NCBI RefSeq assembly: GCF_009914755.1
Contig: NC_060932.1
Length of the DNA: 64,000 nucleotides
Origin: the human T2T-CHM13v2.0 reference genome, Homo sapiens
Strand: one strand, 5' to 3'
Shown here: one piece after another, positions 27,641 through 42,569 of the stretch
Layout of the letters: every line of letters begins with the position of its first letter
Position numbering within the stretch: position 1 is the first letter of the stretch
Position numbers and translations under genes: made by a program
The notes under the pieces: generated by a model
What the model was told of the DNA's origin: nothing
The model's database searches: none
What the model saw: only the letters and a program-made list of their open reading frames with translations

Positions 27641-28808
27641 TGCGCGAAGAGGGCTCAGTTATCGGACAGTGGGTCTTCATGGGCTCTGAGGGGGCCCCAG
27701 GTGACAGTTCCTGCCAGGTGACAGTAGTTGCTCTAGCAGCCGGTGGGCACTCCCTGCTCTGGAGGCCACCCACCTTGGGTGGACCAGAGTCTGGAAGACA
27801 ATGGAAAGGAATGAACCTGCGTGAGGCAGACAAGGATGGCGGGTGGAAGGGTGCGGACGGGTGCGGAAGGGTGGGTGGAGGCCAGGGCAGCAGAGCAGGT
27901 GAGGGTGGGTAGTGCCCTGGAAAGACAAAAGCCAACACGGGGCACGTTGGGGTGTGTGGGGACCTTGGTGGCTGAGTCCCCAGGTGGGTGCCATCCTCTG
28001 GGAGCTTGATGGAATGGCCAAACCCCTGCAGCCTCGAGGCCCCATCTGCCCACATCTCGCTTGAAGGCTTTGCCTGGGGGACCTCGAGGCCCTGTGCTCT
28101 GCCATCTGTGCAGGGGTGTGCAGGTGCAGGGACTGGGTGGGTGGGCGCCTGGAAGGACAGAGCTGCATGGCCTTGGCTCCCACCTCCCCGAGACCTCGGC
28201 TTTGGTGTCCAGCCTGGCCCTCTCTCCATGTCCCTCTTCACAGAGCTTCCAGAATCATCTTTTCCTTCTTGACACTCCTGCACCCCGAGGCCTGGACCAG
28301 GCGACCAGCTCCTTTGAGGCCTCTCCATCTGAGAATTCTTCCAAAACTGACTCCTCTTCTCACTCCTTCCCACCCCTTCCCTCTGCAACTCATCCCCAGA
28401 GACCAGAGACAGGGCTGGGGAGAGAGCGGGCTGTTGGAGGGGCAGGGGGCTGCCTCCCCGGGAGAACTCTGAGGCCCCAAAGCAGGAAGGGCTGGGGTGC
28501 AGGGGCTGGCTGGGAGGAGGAGGAGACCTGAGCCTGCTGACAGGGCAGGAGCGGCCAGGGCGCAGGTGGGGTTGAAGGGCCTGCACCTCTCACGGCAACT
28601 CATCCAACCCTCTAAGAGCCTGCTTCATTGGACCAGGTGCTATCATTATTCCCTCTGCTCAGATGAGGAAACTGAGGCCTGGAGCAGTTAAGTGACACAT
28701 CAAAGTCATCCAGCCATAGAGTCCAGACTGCTGATCCCAAGAGCGGTCAGGGTCATTAATAGTGGAGCCTCTTCCCCAGCAAGAGGACTCGAATTAGAAG
28801 TAAAGTAA

Positions 28809-29654
<846 letters not shown>

Positions 29655-32600
29655 TCAAAGGGCTGGATGTGGGAGTATACCATCTCTGAGTTCAGAGGTG
29701 ACCAGGCATTTGTGGGGCCCCTCACCCCCTGCTCCCCACTCAACTCCTGTTCAGGTTCCTGACACAGGTATGACCCCATTGCTCTCACAACCATGATGCC
29801 ATTTGAGCCTCGATGACCAATGACAGCTGACATCTATGGAGCATTCTCCATGCTAAACACTTTTCATCCCTTGCTCATTTGAGGCCACCTGCAATTTTAG
29901 GGCCATATTCTGATCACCCTTTACCGATGCATAAATGGGCCTGGGCGTGGCCCAGTGGCCTGGACACTCGTTAGGGGAAGGCAGAGCCCTGGCCCCTCTG
30001 TCCATTGCCCCAGGCTGTCCTCAAGGCCGGTAATAAGGTCACTCTCATCCTGCAGGGGTGGGGTACAGAAATGAACGAGACTAACCCAGTTCTTGCTCAA
30101 CCTGCCAGGTTGGTTTGACCCTGTTGGCACCCCACACCTGGAGCACCCTCAGGCTACACCCTCCCCACCTGCTCTTTCCCAGAGCAGGGACTTCTGCGGT
30201 CGCAGCTGGGCTGGGGGCCCCTAGCCGTGGGGGGTCTGGGCCTTTGGGATACCCTCCTTAGTCTCCAGAGAACATGGGTTTGAGGACCTGGGCTTGACCC
30301 TCCTGGGTCTCCAGGCAAAGCCTCAGCCCCACCAGCTTCGAGGGTGAGGGCAGGTGCACAGCCACCGTGGGAGGCAGGCATGTCCAGGGAGCCCGGTCTG
30401 TGACTGGGGGAGATCACATGGAGGGTTGAGGCCAACTTCCCACATCTACAACATTCGGCCGTGACCTCCCCTCACAGAGGCCCGGGAGGGTCATGGATTC
30501 TGCTCTGAATGCTGGCCCAGCAGGTGACACACACCACAGCTCAGCCCCCTTGTTCCAGGGCCATGAGGGGCTGGCTTCATGGATGAATGAACCCCAGGCC
30601 CACCTGGAGGCTGCATCCTGGCTACCCTGGCCCCAAGTTGGGGTGGGGTCAAAGGGCACAGGCACAATTGGATCCAGGTGTTGGAGTCCCCTCCACTCTC
30701 TGCAAGCTATGACATCAGACAACCTGCTTCCCTGCTCTGTGCCTCAGTTTCCCCATGTGTATAGCACATGGCACTGGTATAGGTTGTTGTGAGCATTCGC
30801 TTCTCTGAGGCCAATGAGACAGATTTGTAGCCCATTGAGTGGGGGCCACCGGGGCACCAGATGGGGATTTGAGAGTGCACAGGCATGCCCACATTCTGCC
30901 TCAGACTGCAGGTGAACAGGCTCACACACGTGTGCATGCACATACATGTACACATCCACATGCACATGCCGGCGGCTGTCCCATACTCCCCTTTTGCCAC
31001 TGTCCCGCTGGTCTATGTGTGCCCACGGATCCTGCCCCGCTGGGTGTGCCCCACTGCACAGGCACACACACACCCCTCCTGTCCTTTGCTCACACACACA
31101 GTCCCTCAGTGTCCCATGCCCCAGCCCCAGGGTGTCTTGCTTTTCATTTTGTCCCCTGCCCCTTTTGTCTGACACATGTTTCTGTCTGTCACTCACGTCT
31201 TCCTGAGGGAGTCTGCCCTGGGCCTAAGGGTTTGAACAGCTTCAGAGAAAGAGGAACTGGCCAGGCGCTGGACCAAAGCCCCTTCTTCCTGCTGCCCTGG
31301 CCTGGGCCCCAGTGGGGGTCCTTGAGAGCCAAGGCCACCCCGCCTGTCCTCCTGTTAGTGGCTGATGCTCCATCTGCCTGTGCCAGACGCCCTGTTGGCT
31401 CTCGGTCCAGCAGCTGTTCTGGGATGTGTCTCCAGGTGCCCCTCGAGGAGTCCCCTCCTTTCTGCAAGGAATGCCAGCCACACCCTCTTTGCCACTGTCC
31501 TGTGGGCCCATTGGGTTTGGAAATGTGGGCCTCGCTGACCAGGCGAGTCCTGTGTGCAGGCTCCTGAGTGTCCGCCTGCACGCACAGCACCGATCAGGTG
31601 GACAGACGCCTCTCAGGGGAGGACCCTGATGCGCAGCTCCCACCTCCCAGTGGCCTCCGTGATGACGCCATGGTGACTTCTGCAGGGACTAAGGCTGTCC
31701 ATCCCGTCCTGGTGCCCAGCCCAGAGCCTGGTCTGTGGCAGGCCAGCGAGGAACAAAACCCACCCACCTTAAACATGGCTGCTCCGCCCACCCAGGGCCT
31801 TCCAAGGCACAGAGTCTTTCTGACCGGCCTGCAGCAGACATAAGACCAGAAGTCTCGTGCCTGGGCTGTGGGCTCCCCAGGGTAAAGCCACCAGAAGCTG
31901 TGCAGGTCCAGGGTGTAGTCTGTCCTCGCCATGCTTGGAGCCCTCTGGAAGGCCTTGCGCTCCTCTGGGCCTCACGTATCTCTCCTGTCGAGGAGTCTGG
32001 GGACCCTCCCTCCCCTCGCTGCCATGAGTGGGGTGTGGTGGAGGGGCCTGGGCCTCAGCTCAGAAGCCCCAGGGCTGGGCTGGAATCCTGGCTCCAATCT
32101 TGGCCACTGGGAAGCACTGGGCTCTACTTCAGTCTCCTCACCTGTATAGTGGGAACACCAGCAGTACCCACCTCATGGGCCCTTGGAACAGGGGACTAAT
32201 GGGTGGCCCTGGGTGAAGTGGTGCCACATGGAGGCTCCAGGAAGGCCAGCCTGCTATAGGAGGTGCTGACTTGGTGGGGCTGGGGGGTCTTGATCCCCCA
32301 TTCAGGTGGCTCCAGGACACTCATCTGCCATAATCCTGGGGTCACCTGAATAAGGTCTCTGCTCATCCCTGGAGGCTCCTTCAAGAACACTGTGCTCCTT
32401 CCAGGACTCTGCCCACAGTGGGTGGGAGGAGCCTTCGCCTCGAGCCTCAGTCTCCTCATCCATGACAGGGAATGCAGCCCGACGGGACCACAGGCCTTGC
32501 AGGAGGGGGTGATAGGCCCTGCATAAAGGGGGCAGCGATGAGACGGCAGCAATGAGACACAAGCTCTTCAGCCCCAAGGCCATAGCACCCCTGAGAGTGA

Positions 32601-34295
32601 GCTCCTTCCGGAAGCTTCTCAGGCTCCCTGAAGCTGCTGGGGAACTAGAAGCGTTCAGTCTGGGTCACCTAGCATGACACCCCGGGAAGCACAGCCCCAG
32701 CTCTGACTCCGAGCTCTGGGGGCGAGAGGGGGCTCTCGCATCAGCACGTGGCAGTCCCTCAATGTCGAACCCAGAAGAGTGAAGAAAAACCAAGAGACAA
32801 CAGCCGGCCTCGGTCCTGAGCCCGACCGGCCTTCGGCATTGACCCCAGCAGCGCCCCGTGGTGTGGCTGCTGCTACGCGACCCCCCGGGGGATGCGGAGG
32901 CCCTGGGGCTGCTGAGCAAGCTGCCACGTGGTGCCTGCCATGCTGGGGTCTGAGGCCCCCCACCTGCCGTGGCCCCGACACACATAGCACATCATGGGAC
33001 CTGCGGTTCACAGAGGATTGTACTCCCAGGGGCTCTGCCGACCCTACAACCAACCCCCACCACGAGGGGCGGCAAGGACAGGATCAGCCCACTTTGTGAA
33101 TGAAGAAGCTGAGGCCCAGGGACGTGAAGGGCACACGGGGGCTGGACTCCTGGCCAGGAGGTAAGGGGCGGGCAGGGTCTCTGCAGACGGAAAAGATGGA
33201 AAGGCGTTCCCGGCTGAAGGAGCAGCGCTGCGGAAACAGCAAGGCCTGGAGACCCTCTAAGGCTGCCAGCCCCCTCGAGGGCTACAGCCACAGAAGGCGG
33301 GGGTGGGGGTGGCGGGGGCAAGGACCCAGAGAGGGCCTGGGGTCAAAGGTCATCCATACTCTGGCCTCTTCGCACACACTGTTCCTTCAGTCAGATGCCG
33401 CCCGGCCTTGCCCAGCTCCCATGCCCTCCAATCTAAACTAAAACGCAGCGCCCCTCCCAAATGCTTTCTCAGCCATCCCTATTCCAGAGCAGGAACAAAG
33501 ACGCTGGGACCAGCTCAAGACACAGACGTCTGGACAGCCTTACTGGAGACGGTGGGGACTTGGAGGCCAGGGAGGGCGAGGGGCCGGGGGGACAAGGAGG
33601 GGCGGAGGAGGGGAAGCTTTGGTCCAGCCTGGCAGCCTGAGGTCCAGTCCTACTCTGCCTACCCCGCCGTTAGGCGAGTCCAGCCCTGCAGGAGTGCCCT
33701 AAGCACTAAAGAGATTTCCCCAGCTTGCCAGCTTTCACCCCGGAGCTCAGCAGATGGCTGTGACTGCCTATGGTGGGGTCTCCGGCAGCTTGCTTCCCGC
33801 AAAGCTCCTTCCAGGGCTCAGGGCTTCCTTCGGGGTTTCCTGCTACGGTACGAACTCACTCGAGCCTCATCACACCCATTTCACAGGTGGGCTCAGAGAG
33901 ACGCCTGCCGGGGCACACGGCTAGACAGCAGCAGGCTGAGCTGAGAATATGCCCACCGGGGGTGGGGCGGCAGGGCTGGAGGTGCCAGGGCTGCTCCCCA
34001 GGTGGGGTGGGACCGGGAGAAGAGACATCGATACCCCTGTGGATGCCTGAGGTCAATTAATCGAGGAGGAGGCAGAGGAGGAGGAGGCAGAGGAGGAGGA
34101 GGCTGTTGCAAGGGCCAGATTTTGAAATGTAGCTGCAACAACTGCCCTGGTAAACTTGATTCACCCCACCAGGCTGGGAGCCACCTTCTCCCGGAGCCTC
34201 CTTCTCCAGGGAGGGCTGCAGCCCCCAGCCCACTTGAAGCAGGGGTCCCAGCCCTCTTCATCTGTAAAATGGGGTGGAGAGTTTCTTTCTTGGGG

Positions 34296-34663
34296 TGTTG
34301 TGGGTTGAACTGTGACTCCCCAAATTCAAACTGAAGTCCTTAGAATGTGACCTTATTTGGAGGGAGTCTCCACAGAGGTAATCAAGTTGAATAAGGTCGT
34401 TGGAGTGGCCCTAATCCAATGTGACTGTGTCCTTGGAAAAAGGGAGATTTGGAGACAGATGTGCCACATGAAGGAGAGGATGGCCCTCTGCAAGCCAAGG
34501 AGGCAGGCCTGGAACGGACCCTTCCCTCTGGCCCTCGGAAGAACCCAGCCTGCTGACACCTTGATTTCAGACTTCTGGCCTCCGGAGCTGTGAGGCAATA
34601 AATGCCTGTTGTTTCAGCCGCCCAGCGAGTGGAACTTTGTTCTGGCAGCCCCGGCAGGTGACA
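34296..34663 (+). mobile_element. MLT1B-like solo LTR
   Basis: TGTTGTGGGTTGAACTGTG start, GAATGTGACCTTATTTGG, CCTTGATTTCAGACTTCTGGCCTCC, AATAAA. Confidence 0.88.
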
Positions 34664-34988
34664 GGGGGTTGTTAAGGTTGTTTAGATGTGTGCGAGGCAC
34701 GGAGCGACGCCCAGAAGACGAGGGCCTCCGGTGAGTGTGAGTGATTCCTAAACACGGCACACAGCCAACAAAACAAGACAACACCAAGACCGGGTGTGAG
34801 GTGGGCGGGAAAAGCAGGACTCGTAGTTGACCTCTGGGTCCTGGGGATGGGGGCGGGCACCAGGCATCATGATGGGTAGGAGCACAGCTGAAGGCCGGGG
34901 CCCTCGGGGGACACACTTAGCCCCCCTGTGCTTCGGTTTCCCCCTTGGCCAATAGCACCCACCCAAGGGGTTGGAGGATTACCTAAGG

Positions 34989-35615
34989 CAGGGGTTGGCC
35001 AACTCTTTCGGGAAGGGCCCAGGGAGTAAATCTTTTCTCCTTTGCGGGCTGTGAGGTCTGTGTTGTAAGACTCACTTCTGCAGCTGCAGTTTGCACGCAG
35101 CCTTACAGCAGATATAAAGGAGTGGGTGTGGCTGAGTTCCCAGGAAACTTGATTCGTGGACACTGAAAGTAGAACTTCATGTAATATTCTTGTTCTTTGG
35201 TTTTTGTTTTGTTTGTTTGTCTTTTGAGACAGGGTCTCGCTCTGTCACCCAGGCTGGGATGCAGTGGCACCATCTTGGCTCACTGCAGCCTCCACTTCTC
35301 AGGTTCAAGCAATCCTCCCACCTCAGCCTCCTTGGTAGCTGGGATTACAGGCTCACATCACCACGCCCAGCTAATTTTTGTATTTTTAGTAGAGACGGGG
35401 TTTCACCATGTTGGCCAGGCTGGTCTTGAACTCCTGACTTCAGGTGATCTGCCTGCCTCAGTCTCCCAAACTACTGGGATTACAGGTGTGAGCCACTGCA
35501 CCTGGCCCCTTCTTTAGTTTTCTTTTCAACCATTTAAAAATGTAAAAACCATTTTAGCTTGCAGTCCTACAGAAACAGGTGGCTGGCCAGCTTTGGTCTG
35601 AAAGCCAGCCCTGCC
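34989..35615 (+). mobile_element. MER58B (hAT-Charlie) interrupted by an antisense AluS (35195-35507)
   Basis: CAGGGGTTGGCCAACT terminus; CAACCATTTAAAAATGTAAAAACCATT resumes after the Alu. Confidence 0.85.
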
Positions 35616-36157
35616 CTAAGTGAAGGAGCCCTCTCAGCACTAAGAGGCGCCGGGCCAGACCTGCTTATCGATCACCTTTGGGCCCAGTGTGGGGCTGCTG
35701 CTCCGGAAACAATTTTTCTTTTTCTTTCAAGATTCACCAGCTCTGTTCAGGAGGGTGGCCAGCTTGGCGACCTGGACATTTAATCCTCCAGCCAAAGATT
35801 CCCTTCTGTGCGGCAGCCCTGAGGGGGCTGTCTAGATGACCTCACTTGAGCTGAGTGACTGCCTGGGATGTGGGTCCCGTGAATGGGGCACCTGTTTCAC
35901 AGATGAGCAAACTGATGCTCCGAGGCAAGTTGCTCAATCCCCTGACCCCGGCACGGTGCCCCGCCTCTTGGAGCCCAAGCCAGCGGGGCTGAGGCAGGGG
36001 CTGCTGGGGGTGGACAGGGGAGGTGGGCTTGGGAGCACTGAAGAAAGGGTGACACTCCAGGCATCTGTGAAAGCCCAGAAGACATCCCTAGACAAAGGAG
36101 GAAACAGGGTTAGGGAAGGGCACTCCTAGAGAAGGAGCAGCTTGCAGAGGCCCAGCA

Positions 36158-36236
36158 GTGGCACCACAGGGGCAGCTGGAAGATGTGGCACCACGGGGGC
36201 AGCTGGAAGATGTGGCACCACGGGGCAGCTGGAAAG
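36158..36236. repeat. 27-bp tandem repeat x3
   Basis: GTGGCACCACRGGGGCAGCTGGAAGAT units. Confidence 0.9.
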
Positions 36237-36384
36237 TGGGGTTGGTGGGCAGAGGTGAGACTGAGTCCTGGGAGAAGTCCACACCGGACATGGGAGACTT
36301 TCCCCTGACCTGATGGGCTTTATTTAAGCAAGGAAGGGACTGGTGTGAATTAGATTGGAGACACTCCCTCTGTCGGCACAGAGA

Positions 36385-36697
36385 CAGCACTCTCCACTAG
36401 AAATCTCATGCCAGCCTCGTGAATAATTTCTAATTTTCTATCAGCCACGTTAGGAAAACGGAAAAAGAATTTGATGCAAATTATTTTAGTAATATATTTT
36501 ATGGAACCTAATATATCCAATATATTATTTAAACGTGTCATTCATATAACAAATTATGAATGAGATATTTCACAGTCTGTCTCATACTAGGTGGGGACAT
36601 ATTCCACGCTTACCGTACAACTCAATTCGGACTGGCTGCACCTCATGTACTCAGAAGACAGGCTGCAGTCTTGTATGACATCTTGGATGAGACTCAG
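36385..36697 (+). mobile_element. MER33 (hAT-Charlie)
   Basis: AT-rich element starting CAGCACTCTCCACTAGAAAT, with AATATATTTTA...AATATATCCAA...TGAGATATTT. Confidence 0.8.
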
Positions 36698-38468
36698 GCC
36701 GCAGTCTTGGATGACACATACGTGGACATCGGGCTGTGGTGGCCGGAGTAGAGTCAGAGAGGCTGGAAGGAGGCCCTTTTCCAGGGCAGGAATGATGGTG
36801 CCTGGCCTGGAGCTGTGGTGGGGTTCCTGGCCCTCCATTCAGCTGCCAGCCCATCCCAGCTTGCACCGGAGGGAAGCAGCGGGCCTGGGCTCTGCGGCAT
36901 CCCAGGGGGGCAGGTCACAGGGCAGCTACCCTACCCCAGCCTCCTCCCTGACCCCGCCGGTGTCTGCCCAGACAGCCGGCATCCCCATCCCGCTGGGCTG
37001 GCTCCCGGCCCTGCCCTACCCCCAACTCCAGACTCATGTCAGGCTTCCTGTCCCAGCCGGAGGGTGACCCGAGGCCTGACCCCAGAGGCCCAGGCGATGG
37101 GCCCGGAAGGAAGGCCGCCTCCTTGATGCAGCCACAGCAGGCAGGGCTGGGGCTTCCCCATGGACTCCCTCGGGAAGCACTTCACACTTTGGTGGGCGCT
37201 CAGCCAGGGCGGCCCCCAGCAGCGGCAGGAGGCGAGGGCCTCTGGGGCAGGGAGGACATGCACCTGCGCCTGGGCCTGTGAGGGGCTCCCCCACCACAGC
37301 GTGGGGTCTCTGGGCATGCCAGGGTTGCCCCCACTAGACAGCCAGGGTTCTCAGGGAACACAGAGCAGGCAAGCAGGCCGGCTTCTGCTTCAGCCTCAGC
37401 CCCTGTCCGCACCTGGGGCAGCACAGGACAGGTTTAGGAACAGACCCTAGCTGCACGCCTGGTGAGGACCTTCACCTCTGGGCCTCCCGCTGCTCCTCTG
37501 TGAAAATGGAGGTATCGGGGTGTTCGTCCCTTCTAGGGCCAGAGAGAGATGGCAGCGAATGCACGTGGTCCCTAAAGGAGAGCCGTCCGTGGCCACGTAG
37601 GAAAGTGTCAGGCCCAGCTCCTCATTCCTGGGATGTGGCCTTTTCTCACCTGCGCTGAACTCTGCTCTCAGGACTCAAACCCTGAGCTGCTGTGGAGGCT
37701 AACTCACTCATGCTCCAGGCCCATCTTCTGAATAAGTTTCCCAGACCCTCCAACCTGCCCTCCGTGTCGGCCCTGGGGTGCCTGCCTCTCCTTCCCTCTT
37801 CCTCTTCTTCTCACAAATATGGGCCGAGCTCATGTGATACGTCAGGCACTATGCTAGGACGTGGGGGTCCAGCTGGAAGGGACAGGACAGAACCCTGCCC
37901 TCCTGGAGCTGGCAGTCTGTAGCAGACACTAATCAGATAAACAGATCACAAACTGTGACTGTCTCCAGCAGAGACACCTGGTTGGCCTTGGGGGAGCACA
38001 TAGCAGATGGATGGGGGTCCCTGCCCAGGGCTGCCGGCAGGCGGTGCACCTTGCACTGCTCACTTAGTCCCACAGCCTCGCTTGCCCGCAGGCAGTGTGT
38101 CCTCTGCACACTTTCAGGGCTCCGTCCTTCTGCCCAGCGCCTCTGCAGGCTACGCCTTCTGTGCTGGGCCTCTGGGCATAGTTACTAGGCAGCCAGGGCT
38201 GGGGCCAGCCCTTGGCCTTAGCTCAGCTCCAGGGAGGATCAAAAGGGTGTCCAGTGTGGCCGTACACCTGGGCACCTGCTTCAGAATCCAGGTCCTTGGG
38301 AAACAAGTGGCTTTGGTCTTGCCAATGCCTTTGCTCTGTTTTCAGCTGGGAATTAAGCTGGGGAACAGCAGGAGGGGCAGCATTTGCTGGCCCTGGTGCA
38401 GGAGGTTGTGGGTGAGAAGAGCCGAGTTCAGGTCCCCACCTGGGCAGCCTGTGGTGTGAGCTAGAGGT

Positions 38469-38605
38469 GCAGAAGCCTGCGGGGACACGGAGGGCAGCCG
38501 GGCAGGAGCCTGCGGGGACACGGAGGGCAGCCAGGCAGGAGGCTGCGGGGACGTGGAGGGCAGCCGGGCAGGAGCCTGCAGGGATGCGGAGGGCAGCAGG
38601 GCAGG
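38469..38605. repeat. 33-bp minisatellite x4
   Basis: GCAGGAGCCTGCGGGGACACGGAGGGCAGCCGG units. Confidence 0.92.
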
Positions 38606-39714
38606 CTGGGCTTTCTCCAGTGCTTGCTCCCCTCCCAAGGGAGTTCCTAATTTGGGTCCCCCTGCTCTTCCTTGGTTGAGTGGGCCCCACGCACTTGGCT
38701 ATGATCCAGCAGACTCCTGCGTCCTGGTGTGTCCCTGCCCCACCTTCCCACTGCCCTCGGCCTCTCTCCCAGCCCCTGGGAGCTGGGTTTTTTGCTTCCA
38801 ATTTCAAATACATCAGACTCCATCCCACTGTCCTATCCCAAGGTGTCTTTTGCCTTTCTGGGAAAATAAAGTGGCAGGGGAGTGAACCCACCGCAATGGG
38901 ACGGCCCTCCTCCTGTCCTCCGTGGGAGCAGCATCTCGCAGGGGCTCCGCCAAGCCTTCGAGGCCCAGCCAAAGCTGGGGTGGGGGCACTGGCCGGAAGC
39001 TTAGGGGAGGGGGAGCCTGCAGGACTTCACTCCTGTGCCCGTGTGGCCGGGGGTACCTGCTTGACCTCTGAGCTGTCACCGGGAATAGTGTCCAGCCTGC
39101 CTGCCTGCTGGGACCTCTGCAGAGACCATGAGCTCAGCCCTCAGGGCCTAGGTCCTGGGTTTACACTGAGGGCTGTGCGGCCAAGGACCCCGGGGTGGGC
39201 ATGACCGGGGTGTGTGGAGGAAGGAAGGGGGTCTGGGAAAGGATGCAGACAAGAGGTGGGTGCTGGGCCAGCACCTGCTTCTGTTCTTGGCCTCAGGACC
39301 GTCTATGGAAGTGGGAGTAATTCTCTGCAACATGGGCCCTGCAGCCGAGGTCTGGGCAGAGGCGTCAGGGCACAGAGCAGTGGTACCACCATGCCAGGGA
39401 GATGCTCAGGCCAGGACCAAGCAGAAAGGGGAGCTCACCATAAACTCCCTGGGGGGAGGGGAGCGCTTTACCCCCACAAGAATGGGCAGCAACAGGTCAT
39501 CTATCCTCAGGGCCCATAACCCCTTCACCTGCTTCCTGGTGACCTGCTGCCGGGAAGGGCCCTGGGCCTCAGGGCCTTTGTGGGGCTTCCTGTACCCCCC
39601 TGAATGCTGTCACTGTGCCTGAAACCTCACCAGTGGGGCCTCATTTCTTTGGTCCTATAACACTCCTTGATTTTCCAGCGTTAAGCACACAGTCATGAGC
39701 TGTTGCCTGAAGCT

Positions 39715-40200
39715 GACACTTACTGAGGGTGTTCTGTGCAGCAGGCTTTGTCCTGAGCCTTTTGATTTTTTTTTTTTACATGTCTTGTTTATGCAGGATA
39801 AATCCCAGTAACCCATTTGCAGAAAAGGAAGCAGCAGCTCAGAGAGGTTAGGTAGGTTGCCTAAGGTCACCCAACTTGTGGCAGAAGCAGGATGGAGCCC
39901 TGCCTATGTGATGATGGGGCCAGGAGCACCCTGATCATCTTTAGAGCCCACCCCTAACCCAGGTGGGGGCAGCAGGTCCCTGTAAGCATGCTGGATGAAA
40001 CCAGGCGGCTGACAGAACGGGAGGGAGGCTGCCCTTGGGCTTCCGCATTTCTGGATTCGAGCTCTGCTCAGTCACAATGGGCTGTGTGCCCTTGAGCAAG
40101 TTACTTCACCTCTCTGAGCCTCAGTGTCCTCTTATCAAATGGGATACTAAGATATAATTCAAAAATATGTTCTTGAGAATTCAATGGGAAGATCCTGCCG
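39715..40200. mobile_element. Two oppositely oriented MIRs
   Basis: GCTCAGAGAGGTTAGGTAGGTTGCCTAAGGTCAC (minus) and CTTGAGCAAGTTACTTCACCTCTCTGAGCCTCAGT (plus). Confidence 0.75.
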
Positions 40201-42569
40201 GAGTCTGGAGCCTGTCTATTTAGTTTGACAATAAATAATTGGGCTAGTATTTACACTGATCTCTAGTAAGGGGGGCACAGAGCAGGGAAGGGTGTGCCGG
40301 GAGGGCTGAAGTGTGCCCCTGGGCATCGGGGCGACTGTGCCAGCACCCGCCTCTAGGTTTACAGCCCTTCCTGAGAACTAGAAAAATCCCCTCCTCTGAG
40401 CAGATGCCATCCTTGGACTCATGGGCTTGGCACCTGGTTTGGCCCCACAGAAGAGACTCCTACCCAGTTCTCTTTTCTAGCCCAGAAGAATGGCATTTCT
40501 GGACCATCTGGAACATCTGGATCATCTCCCCTGCTGATGCACAAACAGCCAGGCCTCCGGAGAAGGGGGGTGGGACAGGGTGTTGCAGGCAGAGGGAACG
40601 GCCCCTGCAAAGGATCATCAGGGAGACTGAGCAGGTCAGGATGGCTGCTGGAACAAGCAGCGTCTCAGTGGACCTGTGGAGGGCAGGGGATGAGCAGGTG
40701 AAGGAGGAGATGGGTGGAGAGCGTGTACCTGGGGCAGGCCTGGAGGCGGGAGGGAGGGGCTGGAGCCAGAGAAAGGGGCAGCTGGTAGAGGGAGGTGAGG
40801 CTGGAGGGGCTGGGCCTGGTACTTTGGATGAAGCCAGGTCACTGCAAAGATGAAATGTGATAGCACTGGGCAAAGGAAGCAAAGCCCATCACCATGAGAC
40901 CAGCTCCCAATCCTTCCCTGGAATTCATTTAGGAAAAGATCTAGAGAAGTCAAGGTGGGGCCCGGAGGGGATGGGATCAGGGTCCGTGGGAAGCAAGTTC
41001 ATGTCTTTGCACCGAGGATGGACAGGAGTGTGGAGTGTGGGAGGGAAGAGGAGGAGGAAGCAGCCGAGGGGAGCTGGAGGGGAGGGGTGAGAGGAGGGGC
41101 TGGAGGAAAGCCTGGGGTTGTGTGCAGGGACCCACAGAGGACTCAGGTGAGTGAGACCGCAGGCAGGCCGTGAACAGCCCCAATCCCACGACAGAGGCAG
41201 CCAAACCCTTTCCCAAAGATGTTTTATAGAGACCTGGCGGGGCAGGGGGGGACTTTGGTCTTTTTCAGACACAGAAGTTCCTTCTGTGACTGAGGGTAAG
41301 TGTCTTAGCCTCCTGCCTCAGTTTCCTCATTGCATAACAGGACTGTTTCAGTGTCCACACTCAGAGTGTGAGGGCTAGATGAGGAAATGCACGTGCAGTA
41401 GGATGCCACCTGTCTTTGGAATGTCTGCATGTCAGGTGCCCCAGCCCTCAGGATCCAGGACAGGTCTGGCTGCGGTGGGTGCTGGATGGATGCTGAGGAG
41501 GGGAGGGACAGTCACTGCATACCAGCCTCTGCCAAAATGGGGAGCCCAGGGGCAGGAGTAGACAGGAAGGACTTCCTGGAGGAGGAGGGCTGGCAGTTTG
41601 GGAAGATTTAGATGGGGAGAAAGTGGGGCAAGGGCATGGGGGTGGGAAGTCTGGGAAAAGATGTCCTGGCAGGGTGGAGGGGAACGGAAGTTACGATGGT
41701 AGTGGGGAAAAGCATCTGCCCAGGAGCCAATGGTGCAAACACAGTGTGTGTGTGTGTGTGTGTGTATGCACACCCGTGTGCACAAGCACCTCCACCGCTT
41801 TCCCAGCCTCCTAGCCAGAGCCCTGGGGCTCAGCTCAGGCCCTTACCCCCAGCCCCACCCGACCACAGGCTTCACAACCAGAGGCCAAGACCCCGGCAAA
41901 TGCACATCCCCTCGTCCCTCTCTGTCCCAGCCCCACTGCTCTCCCAGAGCCTGCTGCCATCCCCTCTCTGTCCTCCAGGCCTTGGGTCCTCCACACCCTC
42001 CTGCTGCCACCTGGATGCCCCAACCTCCCGTGGACTGTTGGGGTCTCCCAGGGGCCCCCGCACTTCTGTCTGTATGGCTCTTGTCCACTCTGCCCGGCTG
42101 ACACCTCCGGCCACCCGAGACTGCTCAAATGCCCAGCACCCCACACAGCTGGCACCTCCTCTGCAGACCGCAGCCTGGGAGAGAGGGGAACCCACGGGCC
42201 TGTGAGTCTTTCAGATCCTGGTAAACAGTAGGAGCACGGGAAATATTCTGGAGAGAAATCGCCGCCCTCAGCTCCAGTCCCTTGTTCCAGCCTCCTGCTG
42301 GGTGCCCGGGGGGAGCGGACGTGATGCAGCTCTCCACCCAGTACCTGGTACCCAGCTCCGTGCGGAGCACGGGGGCCAGCCCTGAGGACTCCTACTGACC
42401 TGCAGGTTCGCGGTCCAGAGACGGGGCAGCTCACAGGCAGGGGACGCAGCTCTGACATCCTCAGGTGTTGGAGCTGGGGCCCGGAGGTCATGGAGCTGCA
42501 ATCCCAACTCAAGGACTGGTTGAGCACTGGCACTGCCCAATAAAGGCCCCTGGTTGAGACTGTGGGTAG

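Noticed and set aside
27525-28586. 353-aa minus-strand ORF
   Set aside because: Non-ATG start, Pro/Ser-rich with no domain, overlaps an L2 relic, and competing ORFs exist in other frames.
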